DNA of 64,000 nt, taken from the NCBI GenBank assembly GCA_050250895.1, contig JBFWNU010000005.1, forward strand, positions 96,001 to 160,000, read 5' to 3'. The notes beneath the pieces are model-generated. The model saw only the letters and a list, made by a program, of their open reading frames with translations, did no database searches and had not been told where the DNA came from. This document shows positions 48,101 through 56,367 of this stretch, piece after piece; within the stretch, counting starts at the first letter, position 1; every line of letters starts with the position of its first letter. Made by a program: the position numbers and the translations under genes. This stretch comes from Vulcanimicrobiota bacterium (GTDB taxonomy: Bacteria; Vulcanimicrobiota; Xenobia; Xenobiales; JADMJV01).

Positions 48101-50183
48101 CGCCCCGGCCTTGGACAAGGCCGGCCTCGAAGTCTTCGTGCCCAAGGGAGCGCCCGAGATTCTCGAGGGTCACCTGCAACGACTGGCGGACTCCCTCGAC
48201 GACCGACCGGCCGCCTGCGCCTGGATCGGCGCCTCGTTCGAGTATCTGATCCAGTATTTCGCCGGGCTGCTGGCCTCCATTTCGCTCGATAGCCTTTCGC
48301 CGGCCGTCAAAGGGTTCATGAGCCCTGACGCCAGTTTACGTGAGCGCGAGCGGCTGCTGGTCGAGGCAGCCACGCTGGTGAGGCGCGACGCCTCCAGTGA
48401 CTTCCGTCGAATCCTCAAAGACCTCTTCTGGGATGGGCAGCGAAACGACGCTCCGCGTCTTCACACTCAGCTGTTGGGTGTCGACGGCCAATTGGAAGAG
48501 GGCGACACGCTCTTGTCTTACTGGTGCCGTTTGCGCCACGAGGAAGAAGACATCACCGACGCCGAGTTGCGTCAATTCATTCCCGTGCTCAACAGCTGGA
48601 CCGAGGCCGCGGAAGCCTACTTCGAGGGCTGCGAGCACTACGCCGAGGATCCCGGCCCCGAAGGTCAGGAAGAGGTGGTCGTCGTCCACGGCGACGAGTA
48701 CATCGAACTGGTGCTGCCCGACTACTGCATCCAGGTTCCGGCCCGCGGCTACTATGAGATTCTCTATCGCGAGGATGATGACGACGTGCGCCGCGAGGCG
48801 CTGGGGATGCTGCCCGGCGGCTATGTAGAGGAAGCCGTCGAAGAGGATGTCTTCAGCGGACCCGCTCCAGTCGATACGGGCGAATTGATGGGCGGCGCTA
48901 CCGACTTTATGGGCGCGCCCACCGAGTTGCTCGGCGGGGCTACCGAACTGCTCGGCGCGGCTGAATTCGGAGCCCCCACGGCCGAGGTCGACGACGACCT
49001 GTTCAAGACCCCCAGCTTCGAGACCAAAAGCCTTGGGCCCGCCCCGGTGCCCCAGCCTCGTCCGGTTCGGCCGCTGACCCCCGTCTCGCTCGAGCCGGTG
49101 CGCCCGGTCGAAGAGCGCGAAGAAGAAAAGCCCGACAAGAAGAAGGACAAGACCAAAGACAAGCCGGGCAAAGAGAAGGCCGACAAGAAAAAGGCCAGGA
49201 AAGCGAAAGCCGGAGCCGCCGTCCTCGAACTCTACAAGAAAGAGCGACTGGAGAAGGCCCGTAAACGCGCCGAGGCCCGCGCTCGCAAAGCCAGCGAGGA
49301 GCCGCCTCGCATGTTCGTGTCCATCTCTTATCGTGGCCTCAAGAACAGTCCCGTGACCGGCACCAATGCCCACGCCGGGACGCTCGAGATGACCAATCAG
49401 GGAGGGGGCGAACTCAAGGGTGCCGTCAAAGGCACCCATCCCTGCATCAGGGTTCAGCCGCGTGCTTTCAAAGGCAATACGGCCCGTGTGCTCTATTTCA
49501 TCGACCCTTCGGATATGCCCAGTTCGGGTAAGGCGGGCCTGGTCATCCAGACCCAGAACGAGAAGCTCGAAATCGCTCTGGAGCAACTGCTTGAGACCTC
49601 ATGGCTGAGCGAGCGACCCACCGCCCAGGCCGGGGCACTGATGTTCTTGCCGGCCGTGGCCGCCTGGTTCTTGTGGCTCTTCGGTTTCATCTTCTTGTTG
49701 GTGCCCAAGCTCGGCGCCGTAGTGACCGAGGCCGGCGGGCTAGACAAAGTCAAAGACCTGCCCACTTCGGCCAGCGGTCTGATGTTGCTCTTTGCCGGCG
49801 TGCTGCTCTTCCCGATGGCGACCCTGGTGCCGGCTCTGCTCAGCAGCCTCTATTCCAAGTTTGGTCCCGAAGAACAGGTCGAACTCAAGCCGGTGCTGCC
49901 GGTGGCCATGCTGGCCCCGACGGTCTTGCTGGCGACTTGCTTCTTCCTGCCCTGGTTCAAAGCCGCATTTCTCCAGAACGCCGTCTTCAATGCGGTCAAT
50001 CTGGCCCGGCAGTTCCCCTTCTTCCTGGCCTTCAACCTGGCCGCGACCGGGTATTGCTGGGCCAACTCGACTGGCCTGCTAGAAACGAAGATACCCGACG
50101 AAGGCAACCGCACGACTCTGGGAGTCGCTCTGGCCGGCTTGAACCTGATCTTGATCTTCGTTCTCGTCTTTCTTTTCCAGTAG
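45168..50183 (+). CDS. 1671-aa acidic protein with four copies of an unrecognised domain, Pro/Glu linker, Ig/BACON-like domain and C-terminal TM helices
   Basis: 4x P..L.....L...(D/E)(F/Y/L)..(Q/R)Y(F/Y)...(Y/F)(L/I)..L..W...A...F; NQGGGELKG. Confidence 0.75.
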   Translation: MSTKKITGLPVPDLPKEAPEELEILHAAMRDYLNEGDAEAACRVLQESFDFLTRYYSSLSYSAAVALGVSNPALDELGKTARTFDEIEELLKRSLEALGEKATEELPKALRTVFYVGSTRQDPTPRRHSRLLQLSGIPIRGYRLLGEWCGLQAGVGDLQGSGKCSREMRRYLPILKEWITAAANYFRDAIHRGHVSADGTALELTVKLEGYTLSTGGLLTIPVWLAEQSARLPSRGFASASQPEPEPPAEAPVAEPVEPAAEPAEEPPEETVEPAEEAVAEAPVPEVTAVPEPADEPAIQAEPVAMAEPEQAAEPESAVVVEVEEEAVEPEPEAPRTADPPAAQPDEKIEETPEPVTEAGSPEPVQAPEPPPVEPEKVSPRAEPASEEPREPVLAAVPTSKLELSAEQAEALAAKADPAPQSVQSHVEPEKAEPEKEPKTEVAAEKPAVPEVKLESPEPESKPVVPVTAPLGTPTTPLGQATVGGAPVPTPRPIGPKPEDPVLAALWAVESGVDLEDLEPDVPERFDEVLVDADFPEPLANALNDLNEAIEANDSLLIFGQLQRSLDLMLQYFAGLTCALMQEIDPEALEDIDLEARPDLAENVEMLGTALSSLESHWETNDAATLLWSVFYDVTLSAGDPEWAYLHTRLLGVEGAPPGKYREISEFCGQKPGQDAEGAAEARIEIARYLPVLSFWLENATPLFLESEVDFIEEDDGKALSWAATLVGEALDGSLSSLWLEVDPERFDLPSPERIPVTIPAECPDVLEVLLNELNETLEKGELEKVATYTRNALDFLLQYFAGCAGSAWQQEGRMTPEAAKLFSGDASLDEKQRLLVLGLGSLGTTSVIGKGLAKTFPRSSLHFKQLASRSAPKGTQTVADWGLSREPESEENIYHYLGVLRSWLVMAAPWFLSGEQLFEEPSDKGVLEGVVVFKTFYLELVEPEYSMRLPPELLSLVALQPASQPASDDVVHPGPAPAPALDKAGLEVFVPKGAPEILEGHLQRLADSLDDRPAACAWIGASFEYLIQYFAGLLASISLDSLSPAVKGFMSPDASLRERERLLVEAATLVRRDASSDFRRILKDLFWDGQRNDAPRLHTQLLGVDGQLEEGDTLLSYWCRLRHEEEDITDAELRQFIPVLNSWTEAAEAYFEGCEHYAEDPGPEGQEEVVVVHGDEYIELVLPDYCIQVPARGYYEILYREDDDDVRREALGMLPGGYVEEAVEEDVFSGPAPVDTGELMGGATDFMGAPTELLGGATELLGAAEFGAPTAEVDDDLFKTPSFETKSLGPAPVPQPRPVRPLTPVSLEPVRPVEEREEEKPDKKKDKTKDKPGKEKADKKKARKAKAGAAVLELYKKERLEKARKRAEARARKASEEPPRMFVSISYRGLKNSPVTGTNAHAGTLEMTNQGGGELKGAVKGTHPCIRVQPRAFKGNTARVLYFIDPSDMPSSGKAGLVIQTQNEKLEIALEQLLETSWLSERPTAQAGALMFLPAVAAWFLWLFGFIFLLVPKLGAVVTEAGGLDKVKDLPTSASGLMLLFAGVLLFPMATLVPALLSSLYSKFGPEEQVELKPVLPVAMLAPTVLLATCFFLPWFKAAFLQNAVFNAVNLARQFPFFLAFNLAATGYCWANSTGLLETKIPDEGNRTTLGVALAGLNLILIFVLVFLFQ

Positions 50184-50276
50184 CGCCGCCCGTGGTTGTG
50201 GGGCTCGAGGCTCAATCTGTTGTGGCGATTGATTTTCGCGCGCAGGGGATGAGGGCCTTGACTCGAACCGGGGGCC

Positions 50277-51227
50277 ATGAGTTCCCGCACCTCGATGATG
50301 GATGAATTCGAATCCGTCTTCAAATCTTCGGTTCGGCCTCATGTCGAGATCGAGCCTTTGCGCTTCGAGCGGTTGCTGATGATTCTCGACTGTTATGGGG
50401 CCCAGGAGAAGCGGCAGGCCGTGGTGGCCTGCGCGGCCGATCTGGTGGACCGGCATAAGCAGTTAGAAACCCGAGTGGTGGCCCCCTGCCGGCCCGAGCA
50501 CTCGAGCGAGTCGGCCGAGGGCCTGCTAGCCGAGGCCGTCGCGGTCCTCGCCAGGGTCGGAGGCGACCGGGTGAGCGGCCAGGTGATTGGGGGCTCTCCC
50601 CACCGGGTGATTCTCGACAACGTCAAGGATTTTGCTCCCTCGATGATCCTAATGTCGAGCCTTTTTGGCGAGAACGACGAAGATCTCGAGACCTACACGT
50701 TGGGCTCGGTCACGGACCGCGTTCTTTCTGAGGTGAGCGAGCCGGTTTTGCTGATCGAAGGCAAGGTCGACGATGTGGGCCGCATGTGGAGCGATATCCT
50801 GGTGTACGTCGAGGATCAGAAGACCGCTCACGCCTGCCTGGCCGCCACCCGGACGCTGGCGCTCAAAGAGGCCAATACCCACCTTCTTCACGTCATCGAC
50901 AGCGAGTGGCTCACCCAGATTGGCCGCGCGGTCGAACTGGCTTCCGAACTCGATTCCGGCAAGACCAAGGACGCCATCGTGCGCTCGCTTGAGCGCGACA
51001 TGGAGCACTATCTGACGGCCGCCGCGGAGGCCCTCGAGCGGACCGGTCACCGGGCCGCTACTTTCATCGAGGTGGGCGACCCCATCGATTTGACCCGTCG
51101 CCAGATTTGGGCCGGAGACCATCGGCTCCTGATTTGCAACAGTGTGGCCCCCGACCAGAAGCTGATCGACTCGATCGCTTACAATCTTGCAGCCTATATG
51201 CGGGAAATCCCGCTCTTGCTGGTTTAG
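50277..51227 (+). CDS. tandem universal stress protein
   Basis: GSP...I, LGSVTDRVL....PVLLI, LLHVI, GDP, IPLLLV. Confidence 0.8.
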   Translation: MSSRTSMMDEFESVFKSSVRPHVEIEPLRFERLLMILDCYGAQEKRQAVVACAADLVDRHKQLETRVVAPCRPEHSSESAEGLLAEAVAVLARVGGDRVSGQVIGGSPHRVILDNVKDFAPSMILMSSLFGENDEDLETYTLGSVTDRVLSEVSEPVLLIEGKVDDVGRMWSDILVYVEDQKTAHACLAATRTLALKEANTHLLHVIDSEWLTQIGRAVELASELDSGKTKDAIVRSLERDMEHYLTAAAEALERTGHRAATFIEVGDPIDLTRRQIWAGDHRLLICNSVAPDQKLIDSIAYNLAAYMREIPLLLV

Positions 51228-51238
51228 GAGGCCCCCTG

Positions 51239-52795
51239 GTGAGACGCTCACACTACGCCGGTCTATTTCTTTTCCTGCTCTTGTGCCTATGCCTGGGACC
51301 AGGACCGGGGCAAATGGCCCAAATCCCGGGAGTGGCTCAAGCCCAGGAACTCGGTCCGGTGCCTGTGCCCACCACCTTGCCTATGGATCACCTCGACGAG
51401 CACCCTCCCGAGCACGAATCGCCCTATCACGGCTTACAGGGCGCCACCCGACGCAGCAAGATCGTTTTCGGTATCTTGCTGGCTTTGATCTTGCTCATCA
51501 TGTCGCTCGAGGTGGTGGACAAGTCGATCGTCACCATGATCGGGGCTATGGTGTGTCTGGGCCTGGCCTACAGTCCCTGGTTCGAGTTGATAACCCATGA
51601 CAAGGGTGGACACGGTCAGGCCCCGTTCTACATCTCGACGATCGACTGGAGCACCATCGGGGTGATCATCGGCACCTCGATCTTTGTCGAAATCGCCTCA
51701 CGCTCGGGGATCTTCACCTGGTCGGCCCTGCGCCTGACCAAGTCGTCGGGGGGCGACCCCTTTCGCCTGTTATTGTTGTATTCGCTGCTCACGGTTCTGT
51801 TCTCGGCCTTTCTCAATAACGTCACGGCCATGATCATCGTGGGTTCCTTGACCGTGGTCTCGTGCCGCAAGCTCGAGCTGCAGCCGCTCCCCTTTCTCTT
51901 TACCGAGGGGCTCCTCACCAACGTGGGCGGCCTGTTGACGCTGATCTCGTCGATTCCCAACATCATCGTGGGCACCACGGCCAACATCTCGTTTATGCGT
52001 TTCGTTCTGCTGGCCGCACCCTACACGTTCCTGGCGGCCGTGGTGACGGTGTTTTACGCCAAGTGGAAGTTCCCCGAGGTGCGCAGCCTCGAGAGCGAAG
52101 ACGAGATCAAGTTCTCGGCCGAGCAGGTCGCCTCGTTCGACGAGAAGGAGGCGATTAAAGACAAGCGGTTCTTCATTACGGCCTGGTTCGGGATGGCCGC
52201 CGTGATCCTGGGTTTCGCCTTCCAGTCCAGTCTGCCCATCTTGCGTGACATGGGGCTCGAGGCGGTGGCCCTGGGAGCGGCGGCTCTCTTCTTGCTGCTT
52301 TTTGCTCCCCACAAAGTGGAGGAGGCTGTCGACACCGTGGAGTGGTCCCTGGTGTTGTTCTTCGCTTCTTTGTTCGTGATTATCGGCGTCATGGAACTGG
52401 CCGGAGTGCTCTCGGCCATCGGGGACGGCCTCAAGCTGTTGCTTAATCTACCCCAGGTGGCTGGGGCCAGCGCCATTCTCTGGTCTTCGGCGCTGGCCTC
52501 GAGCGTCACCGACAACATTCCACTGGCGGTGGTGCTGTCCAAGATCCTCTCTTTAATGCAGGTCCCGAGCGACAGCGTGCTGTGGTGGTCGGTCATCTTC
52601 GGAGCCAATCTGGGGGGCAACATTACGCCCATCGGCTCGGCCTCGACGGTGGTGGCCATGACGGTCATCAAGAAAGAAGGCATCGAGCTGAGTTTTCTGG
52701 GCTTTGTCAGGATGGCCGTGCCCTTTGCTCTCATTCAATTGGTGCTCGCTACGATCTATCTCTTGCTCCTGATGGGACTGCATATCGTCTCGTAG
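51239..52795 (+). CDS. SLC13/ArsB/NhaD family permease
   Basis: IDW.TI, SAFLNNVT, NVGG.LT, DNIP, GANLGGNITPIGSAS; AGGAGG RBS. Confidence 0.85.
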   Translation: MRRSHYAGLFLFLLLCLCLGPGPGQMAQIPGVAQAQELGPVPVPTTLPMDHLDEHPPEHESPYHGLQGATRRSKIVFGILLALILLIMSLEVVDKSIVTMIGAMVCLGLAYSPWFELITHDKGGHGQAPFYISTIDWSTIGVIIGTSIFVEIASRSGIFTWSALRLTKSSGGDPFRLLLLYSLLTVLFSAFLNNVTAMIIVGSLTVVSCRKLELQPLPFLFTEGLLTNVGGLLTLISSIPNIIVGTTANISFMRFVLLAAPYTFLAAVVTVFYAKWKFPEVRSLESEDEIKFSAEQVASFDEKEAIKDKRFFITAWFGMAAVILGFAFQSSLPILRDMGLEAVALGAAALFLLLFAPHKVEEAVDTVEWSLVLFFASLFVIIGVMELAGVLSAIGDGLKLLLNLPQVAGASAILWSSALASSVTDNIPLAVVLSKILSLMQVPSDSVLWWSVIFGANLGGNITPIGSASTVVAMTVIKKEGIELSFLGFVRMAVPFALIQLVLATIYLLLLMGLHIVS

Positions 52796-52835
52796 GGGGA
52801 TGCAGCCCTGGCGTCTATCTGGTAGGATAGAGGTT

Positions 52836-55262
52836 ATGGGGGAAGTTCTGCAACGTCGAGGGATTGCTCTGGTGGCTGTTTTGCTGCTGGCCATGGTGAT
52901 GGCGGTAGTCGCCACCGCCTTTTTGGCAATTCATCGCAACTCACTAGGTATGCTGGCGGCCTCGGGGCAAAGCCTGTTGGCGCGCGAGGCCAGTCTAAGC
53001 GGCATCGAGTATGCCCAGATGCGGCTCGAATCCGACTCTAACTGGGGAATACCCAGCGGCGGAAACCGCTCCTTGCAGCCGGTCGTCGGGATGGGCCCTT
53101 TTTTGGTTTGGGAAGGGCAAGCGAGCGGGACCTTCCAGGTGGTGGGGGTGCTCGATGGAGGCAAGGCCTGCTTCCAGATGCACTTTCAGGCGCCGGGCTC
53201 GGCCGTGCAAGATTTTCAGGCCTTCCAGCCGCGAGACATCCTGGCCCATCCGGCCGACCCGACTCGCTGGTCTACGTTTCGCGTCTCGAAACGCCGGGTC
53301 TCCAAGAATAACCTCAATTCGCTGAGCATCAGCCCGCCCCTGACGGGCAACATGGTCGGTTTCCGCAACCTTCCCAGCCGAACGGCGCTCATTCAGGTCA
53401 TGGCTGACGCTGAAGGCAGTCGCAAGTATCTCGATGTGACCATGAGACGGTCGAATTTCGTGGATCAGGCGGTGGCGGTCGAGGGCTCGCTGGGCGTGCG
53501 GATCGACGACGACAGCCTGGACGGACGCTGGGATATCGTCTCCAACCAGGCCAGCAACAAAATTCTGGCCAACGGAGCCATCTTCGCTCCTGAGGTGAGC
53601 ACGAGCAATGTCCAGGTCCAATTTATCAGCCCCGGAGGCGCGGGCGACAAAGGCCAATTGCGCTCTGGTTCTACCATCGGTTTGGGAGGCCTCAGCCGGG
53701 TAGACTACAACCCCAACCTGGCCGACCCGTCGCTCCGCGTGATCTTTGACCAGAGCGGCACCAAGATCGGCGACGGGGTCAACGACGCTGCCGAGCGCAA
53801 TCTGGTCAAGACCCAGAGTCAGGGCGACTTCATCCCGAACGCTCCCAAGCAGCGGGTGCCCGATGTCGACCCCTCGCGACTGACAGCTTCGGCTCACAAT
53901 TATCAGTTGCCTAGCGGGCGCTATCATTTTTCGGCACCCAACCGGGTAGACTACTACGCCAACCCCCACGCTTCCCTGGGGACTCCGCCCACCAGAACCT
54001 TCGTCGATGTGATTCCCGACAGCTTCCATCTGGGCGGCACCGGCACGGCGGCCATCCGACTCTCGAACCGCGTATTTCGGGTGGCCGGTGACAGCGAGGT
54101 GCAGTTCAACGGCGAGGTCAACATCACCAGCAATAAGCAGGGTGTGCCCTACGTCGGCCTTGGCTACGATAGCCTGGGTCTGTCGGGCAAAGCCGGCGGA
54201 ATCAAGGTGGCTGGCGACTTCTCGATCGATGGAGCGGTGGTCGGAACCGGGGCCGTGGTGGCCACGGCCGGGGATGGAGACGGCCGGGTGACCATTCAAG
54301 GCAAGAGCGCCATCGCCGCGCCCCAGGATGCCGGAGTCACCCTCTATGCCGAAGGCGATGTGGTGATGAAACCGGCTTCAGGGCTTCTGCCCACCAGCGG
54401 CGGACCGTCCATCCTGGATTTCGAGGTTTTCAAGTCGGGGCTCGACAACTACAACTTCAACATGGGCGGCAATCATTCTCTCAACGCCTGGGCCGGATTG
54501 AGCCCAGATTGGCGCCGCAAGCACATCGTGGACGGGACCGGCATCAAAGGGGGCGGGCCCCCGGTGCTCGACCGTAACGTGGGGGGCGGAGTGTTCCGCA
54601 ACGCCCTCGACGACCTGCGTTCTGAACTGGTCGGTTCGCCGGGTGTGACTTCCGCGGACCTGTTTGAATTCGACAAGTTTGTGGACGGAGTTCCCGACCC
54701 GATGGGCACCACCACGTCTACCACCGACGGGATGCCCACCACCAGCGGTGGCCCGAGCTGGCTCATCCCGCCGGCCGACCCGAACGTGCGGAACTACCTG
54801 GCCGCCCGCCAGTATGCGCTCGATGTGGTGGCCCTGCGCCAGAATGAGCCTCCGGGCACTCCCAATCCTTTTGATCCGGGCACCTACTCCGAAGAGACGC
54901 TCGGCAACGGCGCCTACACGGTGATGGATGTCATGGCCGACGGAGCCAAGCAGGTAAACAAGTATTTGAGCGGATTCATGCATTCCGGCAGCAATCCGTT
55001 TCGCGACGGCTCGGCCATCCCAGCCAACCCACGCGACGTTGATTTCCGCGGCCTGGTCTATACCAACGGCAACTTCTTCGCCGATCTCGACGGTTACCGT
55101 ATGACGGTGAACGGATCGCTGGTAGCCCACCACAACGTCGGGCTCAAGGATGCCAAGAGCGTGCTGTCGATCTATAATCCCGAGTTGTTGGACCAGTTGA
55201 TGAAATACCAGGCAGCCAGCAACGCGGTTCCGCTTGAGGTGATCTCCTGGACCGAGCAGTAG
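52836..55262 (+). CDS. PilX-like N-terminal domain large pilin-associated protein
   Basis: RRGIALVAVLLL...A..A..SGIEYA; beta-rich body. Confidence 0.7.
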   Translation: MGEVLQRRGIALVAVLLLAMVMAVVATAFLAIHRNSLGMLAASGQSLLAREASLSGIEYAQMRLESDSNWGIPSGGNRSLQPVVGMGPFLVWEGQASGTFQVVGVLDGGKACFQMHFQAPGSAVQDFQAFQPRDILAHPADPTRWSTFRVSKRRVSKNNLNSLSISPPLTGNMVGFRNLPSRTALIQVMADAEGSRKYLDVTMRRSNFVDQAVAVEGSLGVRIDDDSLDGRWDIVSNQASNKILANGAIFAPEVSTSNVQVQFISPGGAGDKGQLRSGSTIGLGGLSRVDYNPNLADPSLRVIFDQSGTKIGDGVNDAAERNLVKTQSQGDFIPNAPKQRVPDVDPSRLTASAHNYQLPSGRYHFSAPNRVDYYANPHASLGTPPTRTFVDVIPDSFHLGGTGTAAIRLSNRVFRVAGDSEVQFNGEVNITSNKQGVPYVGLGYDSLGLSGKAGGIKVAGDFSIDGAVVGTGAVVATAGDGDGRVTIQGKSAIAAPQDAGVTLYAEGDVVMKPASGLLPTSGGPSILDFEVFKSGLDNYNFNMGGNHSLNAWAGLSPDWRRKHIVDGTGIKGGGPPVLDRNVGGGVFRNALDDLRSELVGSPGVTSADLFEFDKFVDGVPDPMGTTTSTTDGMPTTSGGPSWLIPPADPNVRNYLAARQYALDVVALRQNEPPGTPNPFDPGTYSEETLGNGAYTVMDVMADGAKQVNKYLSGFMHSGSNPFRDGSAIPANPRDVDFRGLVYTNGNFFADLDGYRMTVNGSLVAHHNVGLKDAKSVLSIYNPELLDQLMKYQAASNAVPLEVISWTEQ

Positions 55263-55267
55263 CTGGC

Positions 55268-55717
55268 GTGCGGGGGCGGCGTTGTGAGGCCGGGCTCACG
55301 GTGGCCGAAGTGGTGGTGGCGCTGGGGGTGTTTGGCTTCATGTTCGTATCGCTGGCCGCGCTGTTTGCGAACCTTCTGGGAGGTTCGACCAAGTCCGCCA
55401 ATTTGACGGTAGGACGCGCCTATGCCAGCGAGCGTCTCGAGGCGGCCATTGCCGGCAACGCCTACTGGCCGGTCCCTGCCGATGCCTCTACGGGCCTGTA
55501 TTCGGTCGACGAAGAACACCAGACGACTTTCTTCCATCGCATTACCACCACGAAGATCCCGGCCTCTGCCTCGCCAGCCTACACAGGGGCCTACTATATC
55601 GAGGTGGAAGTGTGGTGGTGGTCGAGCGGCCCGGACCAGGGCCGCGGCAACCACGGTAAGCTCAGTACGAAGGTCGGACGGTTGCACTATCCGGACGGAA
55701 AAGTCGTGGCCCCTTGA
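55268..55717 (+). CDS. prepilin-type (PilV-like) protein
   Basis: class III signal AG|LTVAEVVVALGV. Confidence 0.75.
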   Translation: MRGRRCEAGLTVAEVVVALGVFGFMFVSLAALFANLLGGSTKSANLTVGRAYASERLEAAIAGNAYWPVPADASTGLYSVDEEHQTTFFHRITTTKIPASASPAYTGAYYIEVEVWWWSSGPDQGRGNHGKLSTKVGRLHYPDGKVVAP

Positions 55718-56367
55718 GGTGCAGGCGCGGGATGAGCCTGCTCGAGGCAGTCCTCGTAGTAGGCCTCTTTGCCATTCTCAGCGCCGCCCTTTTCGGGATG
55801 TTTCACTGGGGGGTCAGCCAGTTCTTTCTCGGAGCCAGTCGCCAATCGGCCCAGAGCCAGGCCGCTCGGGCTTTGGCCGTACTCGAAAAGACCATTCGCG
55901 AGGCCCCCCGAGACAGCGTGGGCCTGGCCACCGGACCGGGCCGCCAGGTGACGGTCGCTCCTAACACTTTTTCACGGGACGGCGTGGTGGTGGCTTCGCT
56001 CTCGAACTGGAGCGACGCCAGCCTCTATGACGTGGACGGCGTTCCCCGCTGGGACCGCTACGTGATGTTCTATGCTACCAACACCGTGCCCACCGGCGAA
56101 CTGCGCCGGGTGCTCATCAACCCCACCAATCCGGTGGTGGGTCCCTGGATTCTCTTTCCTGGAGGGTATCTGGCGACTCCCCCCCTGCCCCCCGGCGGAG
56201 TGATCGAGCAGTCGACCCTGCTGGCCGACGACCTGCTTCACTTCAAGATTTCACCGGCGGCGTCGGGGTACCGCATCGAGCTGATCTTTCAGGCCCGATC
56301 CAGCACTGGCAAAGAAGAGTTTTTGCAGACCAACTTGCTGGTCACCCCTCGCAACAACGATACCTAG
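55714..56367 (+). CDS. prepilin-type (PilW/PulJ-like) protein
   Basis: RRG|MSLLEAVLVVGL. Confidence 0.75.
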   Translation: MRCRRGMSLLEAVLVVGLFAILSAALFGMFHWGVSQFFLGASRQSAQSQAARALAVLEKTIREAPRDSVGLATGPGRQVTVAPNTFSRDGVVVASLSNWSDASLYDVDGVPRWDRYVMFYATNTVPTGELRRVLINPTNPVVGPWILFPGGYLATPPLPPGGVIEQSTLLADDLLHFKISPAASGYRIELIFQARSSTGKEEFLQTNLLVTPRNNDT

